Below the pieces are notes generated by a model, which saw only the letters and a program-made list of their open reading frames with translations, was not told the DNA's origin and made no database searches. Below are positions 1 to 11,075 of a stretch of DNA of 33,000 nt, piece by piece; the first letter of the stretch is position 1; every line of letters starts with the position of its first letter. Source of the DNA: Octopus sinensis (lineage: Eukaryota); NCBI RefSeq assembly GCF_006345805.1, contig NC_043001.1, positions 99,851,001-99,884,000 on the forward strand, in the 5' to 3' direction. A program made the position numbers and the translations under genes.

Positions 1-114
1 TTAGGGTTATGGGGAAATAGGCATCATTTAATTCTTGCTTATAGTGAAAACCTCTAATTTTTTTTACTTTAAAAGTTTAGGAAAGTGCAAATATAGTGTA
101 CAGACACACAGTGT

Positions 115-150
115 ACACACACACACACTCACACACACACACACACACAC
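115..150. repeat. (CA)n microsatellite
   Basis: Direct reading; it produces the HTHT ORF at 96-287. Confidence 0.95.
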
Positions 151-269
151 AAACATATACACATGAAATATGGCCATGTATTTTAGGTAGGGAAAATAGG
201 CACCCGTTTAAAAATCAGGGAAATGTTTGCATTAGGGTTAGGGTTATACCTGGCATTGGCTGGGCTAAA

Positions 270-500
270 GGAAATAATGAAATTTGAAAATGCCTTTTAG
301 ATCTCTTCATGAAACATAGACTATGCAGGTCTTTCCTCCTCGGAGCTGAGATACCAACTTTATGCATTAATAGCCCAGCGTTTCCCAGGTTATGAAAATA
401 ATGAAACTTAAGTATGCCTTTTAAATCCCTAAGTAAAAGGAAACATGGATTATGCAGTACTCAACAGTAATTAGCTGAGGTACTAATTATTAATGTCAAT
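270..500. repeat. Degenerate tandem duplication, unit about 123 bp
   Basis: The blocks aataatgaaa..atgcctttta..gaaacat.ga.tatgcag..agctgag.tac.aa occur at about 271-360 and again at about 394-490. Confidence 0.6.
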
Positions 501-674
501 AACATGTTTTATTTGATATTCTTGCTGTTAAAATTGTTTAAAAACCAAGTAGTTCTTAGTCTTTGCAATCACCTTCAATTGTCAGAACTTATTTGGAACA
601 TGTTAAACCTGAAAATGCATAAATTTGAGAAGAACTGACCTGTAGGTGCTCCCCTCCTGTTAATAAGTACATTT

Positions 675-850
675 AAAAGCACCCACTACACTCTCGGAGT
701 GGTTGGCCTCAGGAAGGGCATTTAGCTGTAGAAACTTTGCCAGATCAGATTGGAGCCTGGTGCAGCCTTCTGGCTTGTCAGTCCTCAGTCAGCCCATCCA
801 ACCCATACCAGTATGGAAAGTGGATGTTAAATGACAATGATGATGATGAT
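675..850 (+). mobile_element. SINE or LINE 3' end with RTE-type tail, family A
   Basis: aaaagcacccactacactc..gtggttggc..ggaagggcat..gctgtagaaac..ccaacccat.ccag.atggaaa..ttaaatga(tga)n; homologous copies at 7.8, 16.5, 21.3 and 30.3 kb. Confidence 0.85.
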
Positions 851-988
851 TTAACAAAAATTCTGTCAGATGATGTGAGTGTAAACAACTATATTGAAAT
901 AAATCTGGAAATCAATCATGGTTTCATTATCTGGAGCTTCTAAATAAACAATGTTTTGAGTGTATAAATGAAAAGGTTTTGGGGACTT

Positions 989-1618
989 TCAATTCATGAA
1001 CATCCTACATATAATGAGAGAAGTAATGTGAAGGCCAACAACCTTGAGAGACTGTCTTTGAGACCTGTTTATTGACATAGTGAAAAATAGTTTCACTGGG
1101 AACTGGAACCGCTTAAATTCAAAGGGGTGGTCATGTGGGATTAACAGGGTCCATGGAATAAAGACATCCTCACCCTTATAGTTCCCAGTCATAATTGTTG
1201 CTGCTAGGACATGGGGTTGCATCGCTTTCACCACCAGTCTGGTGCCACTGCACAGATGAGGTGGATCCAGATTCCTGAGCAGCATGACTGGGGGGACCCC
1301 CCTTTTAAGTGTTAAGTGGTGGGGTAGCATCCCAGATGGCTGTAGAGAGTTCAGGAACTCAGCTGGGAAAAACTGATCAATGACAATGTCATGGAATTTG
1401 AAAGACTGTTCTTGTCTGGGCAACAGCTGCAAGAGACCCCGGTTGATTTTGTCGACAGCCTCATTACATGGAGCTAAGATGGCTTGCTCACAGAGCCATT
1501 GGCTGTTGCTAAAGTTTTGTGCAATGTTTGGGAACACATGCATTATGAGATCATTGACAGTTGGTACCATCTCACCACAGGCTTTCTGTGTCCCCCACCA
1601 TAGACTTTGGATGATCAT
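989..1618 (-). mobile_element. Helitron RepHel PIF1-like helicase C-terminal fragment (pseudogene)
   Basis: The ORF reads AILAPxNEAVDKIN, EFLNSLQPSG, VMLLRNLDPPHLCSGTRL, GEDVFIP and FKRFQFPVKLFFTMSINRSQRQS. These match Helitron helicase motifs (consensus LLRNLxPPxLCNGTRL; FPxRLAFAMTINKSQGQS). Motif V is mutated and the SHGQLYVA motif is absent. Confidence 0.93.
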
Positions 1619-1619
1619 A

Positions 1620-2690
1620 ACTTTCAGAAAAAAAAGGTTATTTTTTTAATGAACTTTTCTATGAATATGTGTTATATCATGTAGATTCCAAACATACAAA
1701 ATTATTTGGGGGGAGACTGTTTTAGGAGGGGGTGGGGAGAATTTTCGGAAAATTCACCGGAGTCCACTTCAATTCATCTTAACTTTCAGCAAAGTGGATA
1801 TTTCTTAATGAATTGTCTACAAATATACCTCCAACTATGTAGATTCCAAGCATATAGGATTTGTGGGGAAACAATTGGGGGTTATTTTTGCGAATTGTTC
1901 CCCACTCAGGGGTGTTTCGGAACAAGTCCATATTTATTTCGGTATCTCCATTTTGTGCGTTTGAGCATCCTTGACCTTAGTCATAAAATTTCGGTAAAAA
2001 AAAAACTGAAAAGTTAAAGAAGGAGTGTATTAAAAAACCTAAAAGTAGTTTTTTTTTTTTTTTTTTTGCATATTCAGAAACTCCATTGGAGACAAGGTCG
2101 GAATCTGTAGAAAATGCTTATTCTGAGTGTCTTCACACACATAGATATATATAATGAAAAAAGTTCAAACGGGGGAATTATTCCATTCAATATCATGTTT
2201 ATTATAGATATTGTGTAACAAATTATATTTTACACTTCTATATTTAACTGCATGTGTATATTCCTTATTTTTGCTTCTGGTGTCTTCTGCCTTTCTATTA
2301 GAAATGTTTACCTGTGAATTTACTTAAAGCAAAAAAAATAAAAAATCGTATGCAACAGATAAATCATCTTGATAACATATATCGGCTAAATTTCACCCAT
2401 ATATCTGTATACCAGACATTTAGCTGTTATTTTTAGCATGAGTTTTCTGGTCATGGTTTCATTTGCCTTTATTGCTTGTTCACTTCAGTAGAAATCTACG
2501 GATGCACAAACGCACAAAACTCTGGAACACCCCCGAGTGGGGAATATGCTCTGAATCTACATAGTCTGAGGTATATTGGTAGACAATTTCATAAAAAGAT
2601 ATCCATTTTCCTGAAAGTTAAGCGAATTGAAGTAGACTCCAGTGAATTTTCTGAAAATTCTCCCACACCCCTCCTAAAACGCTTCCCACG
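1620..2690. mobile_element. Foldback / inverted-repeat element (MITE-like or non-autonomous Helentron-like)
   Basis: 1720-1846 is the imperfect reverse complement of 2553-2680, 1901-1920 of 2522-2541, and 1951-1970 of 2500-2519. 1621-1710 is a degenerate direct copy of about 1783-1868. Confidence 0.7.
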
Positions 2691-3051
2691 TGTGTGTGTG
2701 TGTGTGTGCATGTAAATAGAGACCACTGATAAACTTTTTCAGACAACTGAATGTTCTCTCTGTGTAACTGAAAGTAATATCTAAACACATTCGGAACGAA
2801 GTTTGTTGTAATGAAAAGAGTGTTGTATGCCCATATGATTTCGTTTGATCACTCACATTTTATCCAAGAAAATTTAGTCCTGTGCATAATCAAAAGAGAA
2901 ATTTACATTTTGCCATAGGCTTGGGAACACGGGACACAGGGGATGCAAGTGCACCTTCTAAAATTTTTTTGTGGGGCAATGAAGAAGTTTTGAACATCCT
3001 GGTTTGGACTTGGGTTTGCACCCACTAAGCAAATTTCAGTCCTGTACTTAC

Positions 3052-3104
3052 GCATTTTGCTAGGAGTTATTTTTGGATGAAGATCGATATTGGATCTTTT
3101 AGAT
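3052..3104 (-). CDS. Candidate host exon C (SKRSNIDLHPKITPSKM), product unknown
   Basis: Acceptor tttgtcagtgcag, strong donor GC|gtaagt, frame open, phase 2 to phase 1. No homology recognised. Confidence 0.25.
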
Positions 3105-3244
3105 CTGCACTGACAAATATACACATAGAAGCTTTGATTAGAAATATATCGACAACATTGAATTAATTAGTATTTGAAAATCATTTGGTCTCATCTGTAA
3201 TTAACAAGTGATTCAATATTTCTTTTTTGCGTGATACAACAATA

Positions 3245-3806
3245 TCCTGGACAAAGACTGTCCAGAGATGTACAACCAGCAAATACCCTCCATGAGGCAT
3301 CTACCTAACTCTGAACGCCATGCTTCTCTCAGAATAGATACATTGAGGCTCTGACACCTGGCAACTGACTTGGTAAACACCCACAAAATTATTAATCATT
3401 GTGCCAACAACCACCTTGAACACCTTTTTGAGCTCCACGTGTTTAACACACATGGACATGCCTACAAAGTCAGAAAACAGCACGGCTCCCATGACTTTCG
3501 GAAACATTTTTTCACACTCAGAATTGCTGAAGCATGGAACAAGCTACCTGCATCAGCCGTTAGTTGTCAAGACACTGCATCCTTTAAAACCTCCATGCTT
3601 CCTGAAATTTGCCAACACTACACCTGATATCACCCCCTCCACACACATGCACACATGAATATCATGATACACACACTGTTCACTTTCCTGACTTTAGTAC
3701 ATAATTCTATGTACTGTACATGCACCTTTGGTGAGTTGCAGTGCATCTGAACACTATACACAATAATTTCATCATCATCATTATTATTATTATTATTATT
3801 ATTATT
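3245..3806 (+). mobile_element. CR1/L2-like LINE 3' end (RT C-terminus, 3' UTR and (ATC)n(ATT)n tail)
   Basis: HLFELHVFNTHGHAYKVRKQHGSHDFRKHFFTLRIAEAWNKLP matches the CR1/L2-type terminal motif (TRGHxxKL..RxxFFxxRVxxxWNxLP). Stop at 3625-3627; microsatellite tail at 3770-3806. Confidence 0.85.
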
Positions 3807-4233
3807 TAAAATATACTATAATTAAAATCTTAAAATGAAGAAAAACTATTATTTTTTTAAACTGATACTATCTTATATCTGTTACTGGACTTCTCAAATA
3901 CTGATGTTCTTCCCAGTTATCAAATTTACAGAAATATTAAATTATCTCTGCAGCCAACTGTTTCCATCCTCATCTCCACTCACCATCAATTGTGGCTTTT
4001 GTTCTCTATTTGTGACCAAATTTTCCAAGCTGAGATGTTCAGACAAAGACTATAAATCACTTGTATCAAAGGTTAGCTTGGAATTAGTAAAAATAACATA
4101 AAATTGAACCAGTTTAGATGCTAGAATAATATAGTGCCATACTAGTGAATGAGGAATTCTGAGGCATCATTGCTTTAAAAATTACTCTTGCTTTCCTGAT
4201 TTATTTTTGATAACGAGCCTTCAATGACATCAC

Positions 4234-4314
4234 CTTCCAATATCAATTTGGTAATTTGAAGTCAGTTCAACAGACTGAATAGGGGGAGGAATAGGTTTGA
4301 CCTTTGGGAAATTG
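4234..4314 (-). CDS. Candidate host exon B (NFPKVKPIPPPIQSVELTSNYQIDIG), product unknown
   Basis: Long polypyrimidine acceptor ttttcaattcctcttctttctattttggcag. 81 nt open frame ending at a weak donor AAG|gtgatg, or at TGA if this is a terminal exon. Confidence 0.33.
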
Positions 4315-5596
4315 CTGCCAAAATAGAAAGAAGAGGAATTGAAAAGGGAGGTGTAAAAACAAAACTCCCAAAAAGTAACAGTAAAACAATAAAGAGAAAA
4401 CAATAGCTAGAATTTCAGGAGATACAGATTTTAATTCTAAAAATTAGTTGTTCAAGGAAATATCAGAGAATTGTCATGAAAAATCATCAATTTATATGAG
4501 TGTTCCACTATTATCGAGCGGAACTCTCTCCGTACTTTCCTAGTCATTATTCATGTTGGCAACGCTACCTTATCCTTCTCTACCACCCAGCAGCTGCATT
4601 TCATAATCAAATGCCATGTTACATATTTTGTCATGCAATTTAAATCGCATTATTTTTAATATATCTTGGGGATACCTAGATTCCTTCACCAATATTCCAG
4701 AGAGATGAGAACTCATCTATTATCAGGTGCTACTTAAAACTTGCACCATCATTCTTCCTTTCCCTTATGATTCAAACTGGAATTAAAGATTATTAAAGGT
4801 CCAGGTTAGGTTCTGTTGATGGATGGTTTCTGAACACATCATCACAACTAAGGTTTAGTTACTGTTATAAAACTATTCGGTAAGAGGTTAGGAATTATAA
4901 ACTGAGGTAGGAAAACTGGCAAAAAGTACTTTGATCTTTGAATTGGTTTTTCTCTGCAAATATATTAGCAACAACAATAATACGATGCACTTATCGCAGA
5001 AATTGTCAATATAAAATTTTCAAATTCTATAGTGATTTCTAGCTTCTATTGACCAAGAACATTTACTTTTGATCAAAATTTCAAATGAAACATATTCTTT
5101 AGAAATTATTGCGAACAAATTCTTGAAGATTTTAAAGATTTCCCAGTAAAATATCAACCTTTAAAACACAGACACCTATTTATTAAACAAAGACAAATAA
5201 ATTTACCATAACATTTTTGGTGCACTTAGAGCGGCAGGGTTGAAGAAAAGTTTTATGTTAATAAAGGTGTAAATAGGGTTTATTTAGGAAAAAGAAAAAC
5301 AAAGAACAAAAAATTAAGAGTCTTTATTGTATTAAAAACATAAATGAATATATTGCATATAACTAGAGAGATTTTGCTTCTGGGGTCCCAGAAAAACTTT
5401 TATGAATTAAAAATGAATTAGTAATCTGCAGTAGAGATTAACTGGGTTTCACCTGTCATTTAGCATGTAGCATTTTAAAATTATTACATAGGATATTAGA
5501 GAAAGAATACAACCAGAATATAATTTTCAGATTGTACACAGTACAAAGATAAAATATTGCAACATTATTTATACAGCATCTGATTCCACTGTTTAC

Positions 5597-5657
5597 CTGG
5601 TTTCCTGGTGGATCATTTCATAATTGTGATTGTTATTAGCACTTGCAGGTAATTTTA
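5597..5657 (-). CDS. Candidate host exon A (KLPASANNNHNYEMIHQET), product unknown
   Basis: Acceptor ttttcacaatatatttgag, donor CAG|gtaaac; phase-compatible with exon B. Confidence 0.25.
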
Positions 5658-6299
5658 CTCAAATATATTGTGAAAATATTTCTGCAACATTTTAATAAAA
5701 CTCTATTTCCACAAGTATCCACCCCTAATTTTACACATCACTGGTTATATTGTAAAATGGTACATTAAATAGCTTAAAGCTATTTTTTATTTTGCGGAGT
5801 GTTTTAAAATTCTTTTTCATGGATGTTCCTTTCACATTTTTTAAAGCTGTATTTGAGAAGATAAAAGGATAGTAAGTAACAAACTTCACCAAGTGGAAGA
5901 GAAATAGGAAAACAAATCAATATCGAAACAATATCGAAACATTCATTATGTATTTACTTAATGGCAGTTATTTGCATTATTTACACCTTATTACACCATT
6001 GTAATGAGGGTGGATACTGTGGGTGGGTTGTGGTGGCTGATATGAGGGTGTGCAGAGGAGGATAACAGAAATAAAAAGCTTTTGGGATAGAGTATAGCGG
6101 AAGAGAGAGAATGTGTGATGACTGAAGGCAGAGAAAGGTGTTCATTGGAAATTGTGTGGAAATAGCATGGAACGAGATGATTATGGGAATGAGAAATGGA
6201 AATGGTTCCAGGGATTGGGGGAGGTAAATATATGCATGTACGTATATATGTTTATGTGTACATGTGGATATGTATATGTATGTGTCTCTGTAACTTTGA

Positions 6300-6432
6300 G
6301 ATTCAGCAAATAAATAAAAAGAAGTACCATATTCAAGAGAAATAAGTACAGGGTTGATATAAACGACTAAGCTCTTCAAAGCAGTGCCCCAGCATGGCCA
6401 GAGTTGACTGACACAAGTGAAAGAATAAAAGA
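6300..6432 (+). mobile_element. SINE family C fragment
   Basis: aaagcagtgccccagcatggcc..gactgacacaag(tgaaagaataaaaga) is the reverse-complement homologue of 24140-24230. Confidence 0.7.
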
Positions 6433-6455
6433 ATATGAGTGTGTGTATGTGTAAG

Positions 6456-6510
6456 AAAGAGAGAGAGAGAAGAGAGAGAAAGAGAGAGAGACACACAAAG
6501 AGAGAGAGAG
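6456..6510. repeat. (GA)n microsatellite
   Basis: Direct reading. Confidence 0.9.
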
Positions 6511-7009
6511 CGAGATCTTGTCCATATATATGGGACTAAATTTTTGCAATGCATCATTTCATTTAAGATGGAAGGTTGTGATCTGAGAACAATTTGACTA
6601 CCTATGTCTTGCAGGTCAGGCATAAGTAGAAAGACCTTTCCGCATAGGTTTGAAGTAAGTTGCTGGGTACTCTCAGGTCAGTCATAGTCAAACTAAACTG
6701 TGATTAAAGGTGCTTCTTTTTACCAACCATGTTGTTTGCGTATCAGAATCAATATAGTTCAAGAGACTATTTAAGGATTGCATTTCAACTTTTTAATTGT
6801 TGCTATGTGTTACCATTAATACATTCTTTTAGTGATGGAAATTTGGCAGTATGAGGAAGGCACCAGTTGCTATCAGTATTTGACTGTCTCTTTTCACAAA
6901 AGTAACCCACAACAATTCAAAATATAAGTAAATTAAATAAAAACCTATAAAAGCATAATAAAGGTAGAACAGATTACAAGTTTATTATATTACGGGTTTG
7001 AATGAAGAG

Positions 7010-7220
7010 ATGATTCTGGCAAAATTGTTTGCATGCTGAAAAACGTACTTGGTGGCATTTCATCTGTATTTAGAAACTGAGTTCAAATTCCACCAAGGTC
7101 AACTTTGTTTTTCATCCTTTTGGGGTCAATGAAATAAGAACCAGTTGAGCACTGGGGTCGATGTAATTGACTACCGTCTCTCCCTAAATTTCAGGCTTTG
7201 TGACTATAGTAGAAAGGATA
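7010..7220 (+). mobile_element. tRNA-derived SINE, family B
   Basis: Pol III A-box-like tggcaaaattg at 7017 and B-box gttcaaattcc at 7081. Body ctttg..tttcatcctt..ggggtc.at.aa.taag.accagtt..gcactggg.tcgatgtaattgact is shared with 19490-19630 and, reversed, with 18050-18180. Confidence 0.8.
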
Positions 7221-7759
7221 TTATGGCTTTGAATAAAAATATAAACAAGACTTCATGTTGATTTCTTTAATTAATTTTATATTTACTTATTTTGTTGAAT
7301 GATATAAGAAAGATGTCAGCAAAAGATAACAGAACTGATTGCATTTTCTGATGCAAATGAGAGCATCTTCAGTGAAAAAGGTACAAAGGAAGAGAAGGTG
7401 TGGGAATGAATATATGGGATAAACACTTTCTTACAATTTGCAATATTACTAACAATTATACTGGGTATATTTCCGGGCAGTAGGTATGGTAATACAACAT
7501 TTAAACAAACATATTGGAAAGTGGCTCTTGTTACCCTTAAACTGAATATCTATTTAAGTTCCATTGATACAACATTCAAGCTACTCATTGTCTCAACAGT
7601 AAATTACTTCAGTCACCTTTCCTTAACACACTTTACATTCTAATATAGTGTGTCTTTGCTGTTTTTTCTTTTAGTTTTAGTTTTTGACTCATCCTGTCTG
7701 AACTGTTTTAGAGATCTAGAGGACCGAGAAATTTGGCACCTTGCTACACTCAAGCAGAC

Positions 7760-8032
7760 CTGTCCACCTTAGCAAAATTGATACTGGTGCTGGTGCCACA
7801 TAAAAAGTACTTGTATGGGTGCCATGTTAAAAGAACTGGTGCTGGTGCCACATAAAAAGCACTCAGTACACTCTGCAGAGAGGTTGGCATTAGGAAGGGC
7901 ATCAAGTTGCAGAAACCATGCCAGGACAGACAATGGAGCCTGGTGCAGGCCCTGGTCTTATCAGTTCTGGTCAAACTATCCAACCCATGCCAGCATGGGA
8001 AACAGACATTAAATGATGATGATGATGATGAT
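7760..8032 (+). mobile_element. Family A RTE-tail element with upstream gtgctggtgccacataaaaagcac repeats
   Basis: Homologous to 675-850 and 30270-30446; ends in (GAT)n. Confidence 0.85.
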
Positions 8033-8530
8033 GGTTCATTCATTCATTCAAGGAGACAACCATCTTATTCAGTTTCACTTCATTTAATTTTGGCAAATAA
8101 AAATAGCAAGAAATGTCCAGCTATCATAGGTTAACCAATACAAGGTATGTTAACTCATACACATCGACCTATGTGATTTCTGTAAATGGGAAATAAGAGT
8201 CAGTGATTTGTGTAAAAGATCAATTAACCTTCTTCATCAATAAGAATTCTATCCTTAATTCAGTATGTTTTAATTAATTCCTTTCAAGTACCATAGTAAA
8301 TGTGAGAGAATTAATTGTATATAAAAACAAAATATTGCAAATATTTATTCGTTCTTCTTTGAAAATCACTGTTTTTTTTTTCAATAATTTCTCCTTAACT
8401 ACCAACTAACAAAGCTGAAAAACAAGTTATAACACAAGGAAATATGAATCTATTTAATTTTTTTTTTTTCCAAGGAAGTTGAAGTGTTCTGTTTCCTCTT
8501 CAAGCTACTTTCTCCTTGTATTGTCTTCAG

Positions 8531-8611
8531 GGAAGATTAGGTGGGCAGACACTGACAAAATAAAGCAGCCTGCATACACTTCTAAAATAAAACCATCTAA
8601 CAAGGATCAGG
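8531..8611 (+). CDS. Candidate host exon (KIRWADTDKIKQPAYTSKIKPSNKDQ), product unknown
   Basis: Acceptor ctactttctccttgtattgtcttcag, donor CAGG|gttagt, 81 nt, phase 1-1, open. Confidence 0.27.
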
Positions 8612-8811
8612 GTTAGTTATATCATTGGATATTTCTTTTTATACAAGCATTTGAAATTTTATTTAAAATTTTCCTTTATTTTCCTATTAGCAATGGCAGG
8701 CTTGCCTTGAACTCTTACATGCTACAATCTAGACTGTTTTTCGAAGTATCCTTTTTGAACTACTGACTGCTATTTCCTCACTTTACTTTTGTGTCATTGT
8801 CTCTTTTCAAG

Positions 8812-8940
8812 ATAGAGAACAGGTTCAAAGCTTTTGTTTTGAGGTTTACATACTTAATGAAATGCAACTCAGATTACAGTCTTTAATTCATATGAATAAT
8901 AAATGGTCCATTTCAATGAGCTTCTCATTCCAATTTCAAG
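8812..8940 (+). CDS. Candidate host exon (REQVQSFCFEVYILNEMQLRLQSLIHMNNKWSISMSFSFQFQ), product unknown
   Basis: Acceptor ttgtctcttttcaag, donor CAAG|gtaact, 129 nt, phase 1-1; this is the only open frame. Confidence 0.25.
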
Positions 8941-10789
8941 GTAACTGCATCCCTAGAACCATCTGTTCTTTTCTTCTTATAATCTTTAGCCTGTTTTAAA
9001 ATGTTTGCTTTGCTCAAGCCAAATGAGCAACCTAACTCTGACTTTCTACTATTATTTTCATAACTTAATTATTTCAAGTTTCTTCCTAAAAGTGATAGAA
9101 ATATGCTTGTTTTTTTTTTTTTTAATGCAGTCATTTTTGCTTTCATTTTTGCCTCATCCCTGGCCAATAAAGAAAAATATTTTGATTAAATAGAAACTAA
9201 ATGACATGAGAAAAAAATGCTGAAACAAAGATGCTTTGTGCGGTCATCTGCCAGCCATTACTACAGTAACAGAACTCACTACCAGATTTAAACTTTGGTA
9301 CATAGGACCATGTATGAAATTTATCTCATATTAAATGAAAAGCCAGTTAAAATTGAAGACTTCTGTGAATTAAAATCATGTTAAACAATGGATTCCTGTA
9401 TTTCTATATTTATCCATTGTATGGAGTTTTACTGAAATGCTTAATTATTTATTTAATTAATGCTGTACCTGAACTGCAATATGAGTACATTACGAACTAT
9501 ACCCGAACCGTGTTCATGATTATGTGGTTCTGCACTTTGGAAAAGGATTTCCAATGTAAATCTGATTTTATCAAATTTTGAGAATTTTTGGATTTTTGCA
9601 AAAGTTATGCAATAATTGGATACTGCTTCTGTTAGAATGTAAGAGAGATTTTAAAATATTGTGTGTGATAATGAACTAACAAAATGTATTATATGCTTAG
9701 ATATACGTGTGTGTGTGTGAGAGAAGAACGTGAATTAGATCCAGGTTTTACAGATAAAATTAGGAAGGAGTATTTTAGTTAGCAAAGAAGCCAAAAAGAT
9801 TAAAGTTAGCATTGAAATATCATGGGTATATTGGATTTGGGGTGAAAATAGAATCAACTTTTGGTATCCAATTACAGATAATAGACTGGATAATGATCAA
9901 CAAAGGGACATAGAAAGGCAACATGAGCTATAATCACTGTAACCCCAGCAAACACATTGGAACATTTTTCAGTCAATCAAGTTGGTGTGAAAAGACAAAC
10001 AATCAGTCTCCCTTCCACTGGAAGCTGTTAATGGAGAATTGAACGAGTTGTATTGTAGCCATCACAAGATATTCCCAATTAAAAACTAAAGATTGTCTGA
10101 AAGAATATTCTTAAATTTTGGTTTCAATTGTCAAAGAAAAAAAATTAATGCAAACTGAATTATTTAATTTAAACTTGAAAATTGTAAAAACAAAAGGAAA
10201 AAAACCCCAAAAGAAAGGAACAAAACAAAAAGATCAGTTTGGTATTTGAAGCATGTGCAAAAAAGAAGTTGGTATGTTATTCTGTGTACAAAGGATTAAG
10301 GTCAACAGAAGGTTTTGAAAAGAAGGGTTTATGTAGAATCTGGAAAGTAGTTGTATGGTTGTAAAAAATAAGAACGAGCAACTTTCCTATCAAATATAAT
10401 GATTAATAATATTTTGAAGTTGTAGAGAGAACAATGTAAACAGATACATCATTGCATATCAGCAGACTTCCTTTATATTTAAAAAAAAACAAAAAATTGG
10501 TTATTTGAAAATTAAATACCTAGCAAGTTCATGTCATTTAATTATCTAAAAAGTATTGATTGATTTAATGGTATTAGTGAGTGTGGTGGATATTGGTTGT
10601 TACTGTTCTAGTTGTGTAGCTGACTACTGAAAGTTTTCGGCTGAAAGATTCCGCTTCTGTGCGTCTGTTGTTTAGCCTCAAGTTGAACAGACCCATGATC
10701 AAAAACATTTAAACCACAATCATCTCATCTAATTTTCAGAAATAATCTCTCTCAGATCACAATTCCTAATATCTTTTGAAAAGTGGCTG

Positions 10790-11075
10790 TGATTTTCATT
10801 TGGCTGCTATTTCTTGTAGCTTGGCTGACCAAACAAAGGTTTCCTCATTGGTTCATTTGTTTGTTTGTTATTGTTTATCTCCAAATCAGTTCTGATAAAA
10901 AGAAATTCTATGATTAAAGACATTCCAGCCATGACCATTCTACCTTTTCATATCCAACAGACTACATAACCTAATGTAGCCTTAACTTTTTTAAAATGGC
11001 AGTGTGATTTGGAGGTAATTTAACTGCTATTTCTAACAGGTCAAACAATTACTTAGAGGTTCCATCTCCCTATAT
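10790..11075 (+). repeat. Dispersed repeat (gctatttctaacaggtcaa family)
   Basis: The motif attt(a/g)rc.gctatttct.. recurs at about 10800, about 11020 and about 20225. Confidence 0.45.

Noticed and set aside
1-250. TTAGGG motifs (1-9, 232-245) as a telomeric or interstitial telomeric array
   Set aside because: Only 1-2 units; not an array.
5577-5649. Plus-strand AG...GT exon-like segment
   Set aside because: Stops in all three frames; the minus-strand reading is more plausible.
5981-6496. 171-aa ORF
   Set aside because: Read through a (TC)n repeat, an antisense SINE and low-complexity DNA; no domain.
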